Positions 10,815 through 20,791 of a stretch of DNA of 64,000 bases are shown piece after piece. The translations under genes were made by a program, and so were the position numbers. The stretch's first letter is position 1; each line of letters opens with the position of its first letter. Source of the DNA: Candidatus Babeliales bacterium (GTDB lineage: Bacteria > Babelota > Babeliae > Babelales > JANWKD01); the NCBI GenBank assembly GCA_963701665.1, contig OY969622.1, positions 928,001 through 992,000 on the forward strand, in the 5' to 3' direction. The notes beneath the pieces are model-generated. The model saw only the letters and a program-made list of their open reading frames with translations, had not been told where the DNA came from and did not search any database.

Positions 10815-11900
10815 TTAGTTTGCCTTGAGAGAGATCCAGATATCGTTGATGACATCCTTTGAAATAACATTCCTGAAGAAATCCAAGTGAATAGATTCAT
10901 TAAAATGAGCATTATAGATAGAAGAATTTTTAGGATCTTTTTGCAATAAGGTTGCTAGATCGATCGTTGCAGGAAAAAAAGTAAAGGTATTAAAATGAAA
11001 TGTAATTACTTCGGGTTCATACAAAAAATTAAGCAGTTCATATACGAGGTCAGTTTTTGTACTTGCTTTAGGAATAACCCAATTATCGGTAATCATGAAA
11101 GAACCTTCTTTAGGAACCACAAAATCCACCGTTGGATTAACTTTCATTAATCTAACAATAAATGGTGTCGTAATTACGACAATAGGCGATGCCTTTGATA
11201 ATAATAAATAATCAGCACGAAATTCTGTATATGCTTCAACCCATTTTTTTTGTTCAATTAATAAAGATTTAATTGCAGATTTTTTTTCTTCATTCAAGCC
11301 ATCAATACTATTAAACAGATAATACGCCGTTAATAATATCGCTTCTCGCGGCGTATCGAGCATACCAATTTTAGCATCATCTTGCTGCGCATAAATCAAT
11401 CGCCATGATTCATCGGGAATTTTATTGCCAAAATATGCACTATCAACTCCAAGTCCATAAATTCCCCAATAATAAGGAATTGAATAGCGATTACCCGGGT
11501 CAAAATAACAATCGAGTAAACGAGTGACTATCCTATGCCATTGAGTAAATTTTTTCTTATCGAGTGGTTGTAATAAATCTTCCTGTATTAATTGTTGTAT
11601 AGCATAATCACTCGGCACAATAAGATCATAACCGACACCTTTTGTAGCTTTCATTTTTACTAATAATTCATCATTATTATCAAAGTAACTTATGTTAACG
11701 CTGATGCCGCTCTTTTCATAAAATTTTTGTAACATCTCTTCATCAATCATATCAGACCATGTTGCAACATTAATCGAACGATCCGTCTGCGAGCCTTTAA
11801 ATAAAATAGGAAGATAGAGAAAATTAAAAAAAAGTGTTCCCCAAAAAATCACGATGAAAACTTTTAAGAAAGCTTGTTTTAGTTCTGTTGCACCATACAT
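10815..11900 (-). CDS. potD: Spermidine/putrescine ABC transporter substrate-binding protein
   Basis: GYDLIVPSDY, YSIPYYWG, PKEGS motifs; operon context. Confidence 0.92.
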   Translation of the reverse strand: MYGATELKQAFLKVFIVIFWGTLFFNFLYLPILFKGSQTDRSINVATWSDMIDEEMLQKFYEKSGISVNISYFDNNDELLVKMKATKGVGYDLIVPSDYAIQQLIQEDLLQPLDKKKFTQWHRIVTRLLDCYFDPGNRYSIPYYWGIYGLGVDSAYFGNKIPDESWRLIYAQQDDAKIGMLDTPREAILLTAYYLFNSIDGLNEEKKSAIKSLLIEQKKWVEAYTEFRADYLLLSKASPIVVITTPFIVRLMKVNPTVDFVVPKEGSFMITDNWVIPKASTKTDLVYELLNFLYEPEVITFHFNTFTFFPATIDLATLLQKDPKNSSIYNAHFNESIHLDFFRNVISKDVINDIWISLKAN

Positions 11901-12673
11901 TAGAAAATCCTAATTTTTGATTTGAGTGAGCAAAATGCAAGAACACCAATACTGCTCATCAGCAACAATACCGTTGACAGTGCATTAATCTCTGGCGAAA
12001 TACCACTACGTATAAGTGCAAAAATATATAAAGGCAATGTTTGCGCAGAAGTTCCCGCACAAAAGAAAGCCAACAAAAAATCATCAAAAGAAATTACAAA
12101 AACTAATAAACCCGCAGCAATCAGGGCTGGCAGAAGTAGCGGCAGAACAATACGAAAAAATGTTTGATTTAATGACGCACCAAGATCAAGGGAGGCTTCA
12201 ATGAGAGAATAATCCAACTCCTTAAAACGTGATGATAAAATGGGAACAACGTAGCCAAATCCCAAAACTGTATGCGCCGCTATTAAAGCAAGCAGTCCTG
12301 TAGGAATCGCAAAAAAAGTAAACAGCATCAGTAAACTGACGGCCAAAATTATTTCTGGAAAAATTAAATTACCATAAAAGAGGGGAATGGTACGCTCAAA
12401 AGCGCTACGAGCACTGTAAAATATGAACGTAACGCCCATTGTCAAGGTTAAAGTAACTGAGCTTATTGCAACAATGAACGAATTTTTTACCGCATGCCAA
12501 ATCTCTGTCGAATTGAGTAGTTCTCTATACCATTCTAGAGAAAAGCCTACCCAGCGATAGGGAAATGCTATTTTATTGCATGAAAAAATAATCAGAACAA
12601 TAATGGGTAAATAAATAAAACTAAAAATAAGAAAAATAAAAGTCGGAAAAAGTGATTTTTTAAGAAACTGCAT
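11900..12673 (-). CDS. potC: Spermidine/putrescine ABC transporter permease
   Basis: FSLEWY, EASLDLGA (EAA loop), SFDDF. Confidence 0.92.
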   Translation of the reverse strand: MQFLKKSLFPTFIFLIFSFIYLPIIVLIIFSCNKIAFPYRWVGFSLEWYRELLNSTEIWHAVKNSFIVAISSVTLTLTMGVTFIFYSARSAFERTIPLFYGNLIFPEIILAVSLLMLFTFFAIPTGLLALIAAHTVLGFGYVVPILSSRFKELDYSLIEASLDLGASLNQTFFRIVLPLLLPALIAAGLLVFVISFDDFLLAFFCAGTSAQTLPLYIFALIRSGISPEINALSTVLLLMSSIGVLAFCSLKSKIRIF

Positions 12674-13512
12674 TACTCAGCCTCCTTTTTGCCAACAGGA
12701 AATGCTTTCCCAATAATAAGACTAATGAAAAAAACAGTCGCAAATAATATGCAGCTACTCACAACGGTAAATGCTGAGCCCATGTACTTATCTTGTCCGA
12801 TTAAAAAATAATGAGAAATAACGGTACCCACAAACATGTATTTATCACCACCGACCAGTAACGGAATTACAAATTCAGCAAACGCCGGAACAAATACTAG
12901 AAGAAATCCCGCTTTGATCCCCGGCAATGTTATGGGGACAATTACATGCCACAAGGTTTGGAATTGATTAGCTCCTAAATCTTTTGAAGCTTCAATTAAT
13001 TGTAGGTCGAATTTTTCAAGTACGCTAAAAAGCGGCATAATCATAAACGGCAAATAACAATAAAACATCACCAATATAATTGAAAAAAAATTATTGATGA
13101 GCGCGATTGGTTCATGAATAAGCCCGAGATTCATTAATAAATTGTTGAGCAATCCATCTCGATCAAGAATAAAGAACCATGCGTACGTCAGAACGAGAAG
13201 ATTTGTCCAAAAAGGCAGAATAACAAAAAAAAGGAAAATGTTTTTTAATGATCGCTTCTTGAGCGCTATATAATAAGCGAGGGGATAGCCAACACTCAAA
13301 CAGAGTGACGCGGTTATGAAAGCAAGCACAAGCGAGCGCAGGATTATTAAAAAATAAACACTATTCCATAAGGCGAGGTAATTTTTTAACGTGTATAACA
13401 AATGATGTGAATCACTAAAACTTAAAACGAGAACAAATGTCAAAGGCACATAAAAGAATAGTAATTGCCACAACAGTGCCGGCACAACTTTACAAAAAGA
13501 TGAATTATTCAT
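12673..13512 (-). CDS. potB: Spermidine/putrescine ABC transporter permease
   Basis: GYPLAY, LPFWTN, EASKDLGA; start taken at ATG 13512, overlapping the potA stop (ATGA). Confidence 0.9.
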   Translation of the reverse strand: MNNSSFCKVVPALLWQLLFFYVPLTFVLVLSFSDSHHLLYTLKNYLALWNSVYFLIILRSLVLAFITASLCLSVGYPLAYYIALKKRSLKNIFLFFVILPFWTNLLVLTYAWFFILDRDGLLNNLLMNLGLIHEPIALINNFFSIILVMFYCYLPFMIMPLFSVLEKFDLQLIEASKDLGANQFQTLWHVIVPITLPGIKAGFLLVFVPAFAEFVIPLLVGGDKYMFVGTVISHYFLIGQDKYMGSAFTVVSSCILFATVFFISLIIGKAFPVGKKEAE

Positions 13513-14594
13513 TTTTCTAACAACACCACATTTTCTTTTTGCCAATACAAATTCACCGTTGAACCATAATCAATCACTTGTCGAGGGAAATGTTCTTCAT
13601 TTTGCTCAAATGCACTCAACAATTGATCATTCTTTAAGCGCACATTGTATTGCGTTGATCTACCTTGGTATACAATCGATTCAACAACACCCGTAAGATG
13701 ATTTGAAAAACCAGGCGTTTCTCCAATGCTGATCCAAACTTTTTCAGGACGCAAACTAATGTAAATTGGTTTTCCCTCAAAGACAACTTTAGTTTCAGGA
13801 ACTGACACTTGAAAAGTACCTAAATCTGGTATAACAATTGAAGGCACTGGATCGGCATGATAAGTACCTTTTAGAATATTCGTCGTACCAACAAATTTGG
13901 CAACAAAAATTGAAACGGGGAATTCATAAATTTCTTTTGGCGTCCCAATCTGTTCGATTTCTCCATCGTGATTCATGATCGCCATTTGATCAGCAACGGT
14001 CAACGCTTCAAATTGATCATGCGTAACATACACAAATGTAGTCTGTAATTTACTTTGCAAATCAATCAATTCAATAAGAACTTTTTCTCGCAATTTTAGA
14101 TCGAGTGCTGTTAATGGTTCATCTAAGAGCAAAACGTCCGGCTCATTAATGATTGCGCGCGCAAGAGCAACGCGTTGTTTTTGACCGCCAGAAAGCTGAT
14201 CAATATATTTTGTTGCAAGTTGCTCCAAATGCACGGTTCTTAAAACCTTCATTACCTTTTCTCTTACCACGGCACGCGGAAATCCTTTTATTTTTTGACT
14301 GTAAGCAACATTGTCAAAAACGCTTAAATGAGGGAAAAGCGCATAATTTTGAAATACCGTGTTAATATGACGTTTATTACTTGGTAGATTAGTGATTTCC
14401 TCATCACCTAAAAAGATCTTACCGCCGTTAACCTGCTCAAAACCACCTATCAGACGAAGTAAGGTCGTTTTGCCACATCCACTCGGACCTAATAATGCAA
14501 AAATTTGCCCTGCCGGAATGGTCAATGAGAGATTATCAAGAATCTTCTCGCCATCATAGGCTTTCTTGATATTTTCGAGTCTTATACTTTTCAT
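13509..14594 (-). CDS. potA: Spermidine/putrescine ABC transporter ATPase
   Basis: GPSGCGKT, VFQNYALFPHL, LSGGQ, TOBE C-terminus; probable start MKSIRL at 14594. Confidence 0.93.
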   Translation of the reverse strand: MKSIRLENIKKAYDGEKILDNLSLTIPAGQIFALLGPSGCGKTTLLRLIGGFEQVNGGKIFLGDEEITNLPSNKRHINTVFQNYALFPHLSVFDNVAYSQKIKGFPRAVVREKVMKVLRTVHLEQLATKYIDQLSGGQKQRVALARAIINEPDVLLLDEPLTALDLKLREKVLIELIDLQSKLQTTFVYVTHDQFEALTVADQMAIMNHDGEIEQIGTPKEIYEFPVSIFVAKFVGTTNILKGTYHADPVPSIVIPDLGTFQVSVPETKVVFEGKPIYISLRPEKVWISIGETPGFSNHLTGVVESIVYQGRSTQYNVRLKNDQLLSAFEQNEEHFPRQVIDYGSTVNLYWQKENVVLLEK

Positions 14595-15297
14595 TATCTT
14601 TTCTCGATTTTGCAAAGAACATCGGAACAACAACATCAGCGAGTGTGCATGGTACAACCACGGCAATAACTAAAAAAACAAATAAAAGACCCATTTGGGG
14701 ATACCAATTATCAAACCCTTCAGATACTAAATAAAAAAGTGAGGCTAAAGAGCTTATAAGAATGTGCCCAAAATGTGAACCTACTGAATAGAATGGTTTG
14801 AGTGATGATACATGCTTACTCATCACAATACCATTTATAAGGCCAATACTTAAAAAGGGAATAATATTATGAAGTTCGGAAGCAAAACAAAGATGGAACC
14901 TCATATTTACACCCAGCATCAGACCGGCAATATAGGGCAAGATAACATCTGATAGTGTGCAAAAAATAATTGATGAAACTACTGCTACCACAGCGCCGCG
15001 TATTAAATTGGCAGAAAACCGCGAAAACATAATCAAGGAACCGGTGACAGCAAAAATAATATGCAAAAAGTGAAAGCTATGGAACAATAAATGAGCACCA
15101 TGCATCCCATGCGCGTGTTCTGCGCATACATGACCATGATGACCACTATTCAATCCAAAAACGTCTAAAATACTCAGAATGACTAAACCGATAGCAACTG
15201 AAAAAATTGCATAGGGTAGATGATGAGCAAGTTCACCTCTTAACCCATGATCGTGATCATGGTGATGAATTTGACAAGTATCTAATTCTTTACTCAT
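14554..15297 (-). CDS. His-rich multi-pass membrane protein, possible metal permease
   Basis: HHHDHDH and GHHGH...HAHGMH tracts, about 7 TM segments. Confidence 0.65.
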   Translation of the reverse strand: MSKELDTCQIHHHDHDHGLRGELAHHLPYAIFSVAIGLVILSILDVFGLNSGHHGHVCAEHAHGMHGAHLLFHSFHFLHIIFAVTGSLIMFSRFSANLIRGAVVAVVSSIIFCTLSDVILPYIAGLMLGVNMRFHLCFASELHNIIPFLSIGLINGIVMSKHVSSLKPFYSVGSHFGHILISSLASLFYLVSEGFDNWYPQMGLLFVFLVIAVVVPCTLADVVVPMFFAKSRKDNEKYKTRKYQESL

Positions 15298-15386
15298 AAC
15301 TCCAATTTCCTTATTTAAATATTTATAGCAAATATATCTTTTTTAACTATAAAGCGTTTTCTTGAAGAAATCAAAAAAAAAGAAGC

Positions 15387-18272
15387 CTAAAAAGGATGCC
15401 CAAAGGTCAGAAACCAGGCAAATGATGATTCTTCAGGGATAAACTTACGCCATTTCCACCCTATATCAAAACGTAGCGGCCCAACCGGAGAATAATAACG
15501 TAGTCCAAATCCTATAGCAGTCAAGAAATGGCTGCCTAAGATTTGCGTTAAAGATTTTTCAACCAAGATACCCATGTCCTGAAAAACCACGCCTCCTAAT
15601 TTACCGATGAGAGGAAATCGGCATTCAACATTACCGTTGACCATTGATTTACCACCTTGGGGTACAAATTTTTTTTTGCCTTTCTTTGAAATATACACAC
15701 CTAGAGGTGGCCCTTGGTTTGCTTCATAACTACGAATTGAGTTCTGCCCTCCTAAATAAAAACGCTCGGGCGGCATTATGGTAGGAAATTCTTGATTAAA
15801 AATGTGACCAAATCGCAAACGCAGTGCAAGCACAAAAGGATTGAGGGGAAAAAATAACGTTTGTTCACAGAGCACTTTAACATAGTAAGGAACGTGATGA
15901 TTCGTTGGCACCATAGCACGTAGCGAAAGTGCGGTTAATGAACCTTGTGTTGGATTAACATCGTTATCAAGATAATCGATGACAATATTTGGTTCAACAT
16001 AAACATACGGCACATTTTTATTAATCAAAAATGGATCAAAATTAATAGCGCGTGCTCTAGGGATAGAAATATGTTTTGTTTCCATAAGCTCAATACCCGT
16101 TTGCACACCAAGATCACAATGCGTCCACGATCTACTTAGTCCAAGAAGAAATCCTTGCTGAATAGCTAAATATAGTGGCTTGTTGCTGCCGATGAATATC
16201 GGTTGAATATATTTATTGCTATAGCCTTTCAACACCGTCAAAATGGGTTGTGAAAAAATCCATGGCCGCTGATACACAACCGAAACATTGCGGTAGTACC
16301 GCGTAAAATCTGTATCAATGGCGAACGAATCACCAACATTACCGGGGTTGCGATATAAAAACTCGCCACCTAATTTATACGTACTTCCTTTATGAAAAAG
16401 TGTTATGTTACGACTCACCTGTTGAAAGCCAACGCGCGTTCTCACCTCAAAACGATCGTCATCGATAAGTTGCAAAATAACATCGCGCTCGCACATATCA
16501 GCATTGTCGAGTGCGGGATAAAAATTTATTTTTTCAAAAAGGTTTAAACGTTTTAAATTCTGTAATGATTTTTCTAATTTGTCCTGCGACCAAACATCAC
16601 CTTGGCAAAATACTAACTCTCGTTTGATATTTTCAAACGGAAATGAAGTATCTCCTTGTATGATTACTTTACCAAAAGTAACAACATGATTATCGCCCGT
16701 TGTTGTCCAAGTAATATCGAGCAGGCCATCATGATCATTAAGTTCAGGCACAACTTTAGTATGTAACATTCCTTTTTTGTAATAATCATTTTGCAATGTT
16801 TTTTGCCATTCTTGGAGCGTACGCACATCAAATGACGAGTGCGGTACTAACGAGTGCATTATTTCTTGTTTGAGCGTTTCGCCTACGATAAAAGTATCGT
16901 CAAATGTCATCGAGTGTATAATTCTGCGCTTACCCTCGTTAACGGTAATCAAAAAATGTACCGCATTTTTTTCTTTATCAACGGTTTCCTGCACGCTAGC
17001 AATGGCATCCCAAAATCCTTTTTTGCGGTACCAAGCAACAATCTCATCATGCATGAGCTCAACTCTATCATCATCGTAAAACTTTTCTTTTTTGAAACGT
17101 CGTTTTATTAATGCATGTATATTGTGAGGAAATTGTGATCCTTTGAGCTTAAAAGTACCTACCTTGAATCTTGGCCCTTCTTTAATCAGGAAAAATCTTT
17201 TATGTGCATCATTTTTTACTTCAATATCCACTGATTTAAAACCTTTTTTTAAATACATGCTCATAATTTCATCTGAAATAAGAGCATCGGGTAATAACTC
17301 GGCAGATCTACCAAAAGCAAGGAGTATGTTTAAAAAATCTTGATGAGAAAAAAATTGATTACCAAAAAAAACAAAATTCTTTTTAGGTGAGAGATATAAA
17401 ATGAACTGAAGATGTACCGAGGCATCATCTTGATTGGTATGTTCTTTAAGTACAATTTTGGCCTGCAAAAAACCTTTTTGAACCAAAAATTTTTTCAAAA
17501 GAGCTATATGCTCATTGAGCAGCTTATGTGAATAATAGGTATGGGTAAGTGCCTCAAGATGATGCATAATTTTTGTTTTAAGGAGTCGAGTCCTTTGCTT
17601 ATCGTGAACTTCTTTTACAATCAGATCACAGCTCACCTTCTTAATCACACATTGTTCACCACGAGAAAATGCAAGATGCACCGTTACTGTTTTTAAAATC
17701 GGATCAAATTTAAAATAATCATGCATAGTAGCATGCAGAAAACCTTCGGCATGCAAAACCTCTTTATATTTTTTTAAAGCAAATTGATGCTTTGCATAAT
17801 CAAAAATTTCGCCTGGTTCAATTAAATAGTATTGACGATAATGTTCAGCATCGCGAAGAACACCCGACAATTTCAGCGCCTTAAATGTCCATAGAACTTT
17901 ACACGAAAAGGAAAGATGTCTTTTCCCTTCTCCATCTTGGCCAACCACAATAGTAACTGCTGAGAATTTATTTTTTTTTTCAAGAAGTAAACAAAGTTTT
18001 TTGAGCATCTCAAGAGTAAGCACATCCCCTTCACTAATACCCGCTAGATAGCTCATCTCAGCGCTATCAAGAGCAATCTCGCTTTCAAAGGCAAGGGAGG
18101 AAATAGTGAAAGGACAGGGGATTTTTTCAAGTTCCTCATCATATGAAGCATTGTCCCGCGTAAAATCGATGGTACAGGTATATGTTTTTTGTGCATCATT
18201 TTCTCCACGCGACCGCATCACATGGAACATGAGTACCAAAAAAAATAATATGCGTATTGTTGTGCCATTCAC
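15387..18272 (-). CDS. Omp85-family (BamA/TamA-like) outer-membrane assembly protein
   Basis: POTRA-like repeats, ERFYLGGQNSIRSY loop motif, SPVGPLRFDIG, terminal Phe. Confidence 0.88.
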   Translation of the reverse strand: MNGTTIRILFFLVLMFHVMRSRGENDAQKTYTCTIDFTRDNASYDEELEKIPCPFTISSLAFESEIALDSAEMSYLAGISEGDVLTLEMLKKLCLLLEKKNKFSAVTIVVGQDGEGKRHLSFSCKVLWTFKALKLSGVLRDAEHYRQYYLIEPGEIFDYAKHQFALKKYKEVLHAEGFLHATMHDYFKFDPILKTVTVHLAFSRGEQCVIKKVSCDLIVKEVHDKQRTRLLKTKIMHHLEALTHTYYSHKLLNEHIALLKKFLVQKGFLQAKIVLKEHTNQDDASVHLQFILYLSPKKNFVFFGNQFFSHQDFLNILLAFGRSAELLPDALISDEIMSMYLKKGFKSVDIEVKNDAHKRFFLIKEGPRFKVGTFKLKGSQFPHNIHALIKRRFKKEKFYDDDRVELMHDEIVAWYRKKGFWDAIASVQETVDKEKNAVHFLITVNEGKRRIIHSMTFDDTFIVGETLKQEIMHSLVPHSSFDVRTLQEWQKTLQNDYYKKGMLHTKVVPELNDHDGLLDITWTTTGDNHVVTFGKVIIQGDTSFPFENIKRELVFCQGDVWSQDKLEKSLQNLKRLNLFEKINFYPALDNADMCERDVILQLIDDDRFEVRTRVGFQQVSRNITLFHKGSTYKLGGEFLYRNPGNVGDSFAIDTDFTRYYRNVSVVYQRPWIFSQPILTVLKGYSNKYIQPIFIGSNKPLYLAIQQGFLLGLSRSWTHCDLGVQTGIELMETKHISIPRARAINFDPFLINKNVPYVYVEPNIVIDYLDNDVNPTQGSLTALSLRAMVPTNHHVPYYVKVLCEQTLFFPLNPFVLALRLRFGHIFNQEFPTIMPPERFYLGGQNSIRSYEANQGPPLGVYISKKGKKKFVPQGGKSMVNGNVECRFPLIGKLGGVVFQDMGILVEKSLTQILGSHFLTAIGFGLRYYSPVGPLRFDIGWKWRKFIPEESSFAWFLTFGHPF

Positions 18273-18367
18273 GCTCGTTCCTGCAATTTAGTGCTTCATA
18301 CTCGATGCTCAGTACTCCTGACAATCACAAGCAGAATTTTGCTTAACGTACGCAAAAAATGATAATT

Positions 18368-18652
18368 TTACTCAATTATCCTGAAAACACCTCGAAAATC
18401 CTTATCTTTAAGAAACGGTTCTATTTCAGGAGGTAAAAGTGCTTTTTCAGTGATCTCAAGATGTAAAAAATCTATAAAATCATCAATTGCCTGTTTAGAA
18501 CCGCATACTACAATTCTTAGGTCAGCATGCTGCTCATGGTAGGTAGTTTGTACGGTCCCCTCCAATTTTAAATCTTTTGCTTTTTTTTGAATATTATGTA
18601 ACAATTTTTTTGGTAACACTATCGAAAAAAAAATTCGTAGACATTGAATCAT
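18368..18652 (-). CDS. Acylphosphatase-fold protein lacking the catalytic motif
   Basis: A..L.L.G.V and G...AIDDF pattern of AcyP, but no GxVQGVGFR. Confidence 0.55.
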   Translation of the reverse strand: MIQCLRIFFSIVLPKKLLHNIQKKAKDLKLEGTVQTTYHEQHADLRIVVCGSKQAIDDFIDFLHLEITEKALLPPEIEPFLKDKDFRGVFRIIE

Positions 18653-18839
18653 TAATTATTCTCCTTTTTTGAGGGACAATTATTCTCTGCTCAGCACGAA
18701 GCTAGCAAATCAGTTTTCCTAATGTCAAAAAACTTCACTACTAAAATCGAGATCATAGTACAAACTTCATTTTCTTGCTAATATTTTTGCTAGACAATCG
18801 ATACTAAGCCGGTAAATTACATTATTTAGGATATTCATA

Positions 18840-20279
18840 ATGAGTAAAAATTCTTCGGTTCGTGTACGTTTTGCCCCTTCGCCTACTGGCACCATGCACC
18901 TGGGTAATGTCCGAACAGCTCTTCTCAACTATCTTTTTGCACGCCAAAAAAAGGGAAGCTGTATTTTACGTATTGAAGATACCGATCCTGATAGAAATTT
19001 TGATCCTAATGCCGCTCGCCTCCAGGATGATCTTTCATGGCTCGGCTTTGTGTATGACGAGGGTCCTAAGAACGAGGGTCCTTATGCGCCGTACTTTCAA
19101 TCACAAAGAACCGAGCTTTATCAAGAGCAGTTAGAAGTTTTACAAAAAAAGAACTGTCTTTACCGTTGCTTTTGCACCCCTCAGGAATTAGAGCGCAAAC
19201 GTGAACGTGCGATAGCCTTGCATACGGCACCTCGCTACGATCGCACCTGCTTGAAATTATCATCATATGACATTGAAGAGCGGTTAAAAAAAGGAACCCC
19301 ATTTATTTGGCGTTTCCAAGTACCCGAAGGAAAAACCGTTATTGTACACGATCTTTCTCATGGTGAAATTAATTTTGATTCGAACCATTTTTCAGACTTT
19401 CCCCTTACCCGTTCTGATGGCACATTCACTTTCCTGTTTGCAAACTGTGTTGATGACATTCTCATGAATATTACCCATGTATTGCGTGGCGAAGACCATC
19501 TTTCAAATACCGCAAACCAGATGTTATTATTCGAGGCTTTTCAAAAGAAAGCCCCTCTTTTTTGGCATTTGCCTATCTTATGCAATGTTGATGGAAAGAA
19601 ATTATCAAAACGCGATTTTGGTTTTGCATTAGCTGATTTGAGAAAAGAAGGTTTTTTATCCGAGGCAATCATCAATTACTTAGCCATTTTAGGCGCTTCG
19701 TTTGCACAAGAAATCATGTCAGTTGATGAGCTTATAAACAATTTAAACTTTGATGCCATAAAACCCACGCGCAACATCAAATATGATGTCGAGAAACTCA
19801 GATGGGTAAACCATAGTTGGATACAGCGCTATAATGAAGCAGCATTGGTTGAATTACTCAAACCGATTATTTTTAAAGCATATCCAATGCTTGAAAAACT
19901 TGATGCCAGTGTGCTATTAAAGCTCATTCAAACAGTAAAATCAGAACTAGTCACTTTGTATGATAGTATTCCTGCACTTCATTTTTATTGCCTTGAACCA
20001 CATGTTACGCATGACACCATAAAAGAACATTTACCGGTCACGTTGCATGAAAAGTTCTTTGCTATCCTAAAAACTCATTTGCCACTGTTGGCCGATCATG
20101 AAAACTTCTTGGCAACAACAAAAAAAGATGCCCAAGCACTCGGCATTGAGCCTAAAGTATTCTTTACGCTTATGCGCATCATAATTTCAGGATCAGCAAA
20201 AGGACCTTCACTGAAGGATATTATTGCTTTGTTGGGGCATGAAAAAACTGCTGAGCGCATTAAAAGAGTTACTAAGTAA
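18840..20279 (+). CDS. gltX: Glutamyl-tRNA synthetase
   Basis: RFAPSPTG.MHLGN, LRIEDTD, RGEDH, KLSKR. Confidence 0.96.
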   Translation: MSKNSSVRVRFAPSPTGTMHLGNVRTALLNYLFARQKKGSCILRIEDTDPDRNFDPNAARLQDDLSWLGFVYDEGPKNEGPYAPYFQSQRTELYQEQLEVLQKKNCLYRCFCTPQELERKRERAIALHTAPRYDRTCLKLSSYDIEERLKKGTPFIWRFQVPEGKTVIVHDLSHGEINFDSNHFSDFPLTRSDGTFTFLFANCVDDILMNITHVLRGEDHLSNTANQMLLFEAFQKKAPLFWHLPILCNVDGKKLSKRDFGFALADLRKEGFLSEAIINYLAILGASFAQEIMSVDELINNLNFDAIKPTRNIKYDVEKLRWVNHSWIQRYNEAALVELLKPIIFKAYPMLEKLDASVLLKLIQTVKSELVTLYDSIPALHFYCLEPHVTHDTIKEHLPVTLHEKFFAILKTHLPLLADHENFLATTKKDAQALGIEPKVFFTLMRIIISGSAKGPSLKDIIALLGHEKTAERIKRVTK

Positions 20280-20331
20280 CGCAATTCGATACTAAATTTG
20301 GCTGCGCAAAGGTAACATTGAAAACAAAATT

Positions 20332-20432
20332 GTCATTGCGAGCGAAAGCGTGGCAACCCAGCTTATAAAATTATTCATTTAAGGATTTATTAAAGTTCTG
20401 GATCCCCACGTCGCTTCGCTCCTCGGGAAGAC
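20332..20432 (+). mobile_element. Gene-less paired hairpin element, subfamily A (REPIN/MITE-like)
   Basis: Left unit GTCATTGCGAGCGAAAGCGTGGCAACCCAG, 36-bp spacer, right unit 20398-20432 identical to the right end of the GIY-YIG element (46944-46978). Confidence 0.85.
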
Positions 20433-20459
20433 ACCCTTTGGATATCCACCGACAAAAAT

Positions 20460-20711
20460 TTAAAACTTCTCGCCATCTTGAAGCCGATTTGGCAACTGCT
20501 CAAAATGAGTAACAATACCTTCTTTTTGAAAATATGACATCAGTTTGAGAAAGTACTTTTCTAAATCTTGGGGCACAAAAAATTCAAAGCGAGAACTGTT
20601 TTTTTCAAGGGTACGATCAAAGGCAAGATGTTCAAAACTACGCAAAATGGCAACTAAAAACCACGCATCGGTTTTGCGCACCGTTGCTTGATAATAATAG
20701 CAATACGGCAT
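20460..20711 (-). CDS. Small conserved protein (DUF4911-like)
   Basis: 83 aa, ILRSFEHLAFDRTL...FEFFVP pattern. Confidence 0.6.
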   Translation of the reverse strand: MPYCYYYQATVRKTDAWFLVAILRSFEHLAFDRTLEKNSSRFEFFVPQDLEKYFLKLMSYFQKEGIVTHFEQLPNRLQDGEKF

Positions 20712-20791
20712 ATACTTTTTTTATTGTTTAAAAAATTGAAGATAACTTTATATTTTACTCTACCTTTTTTTAATTTTAAATCTAGGAGATC

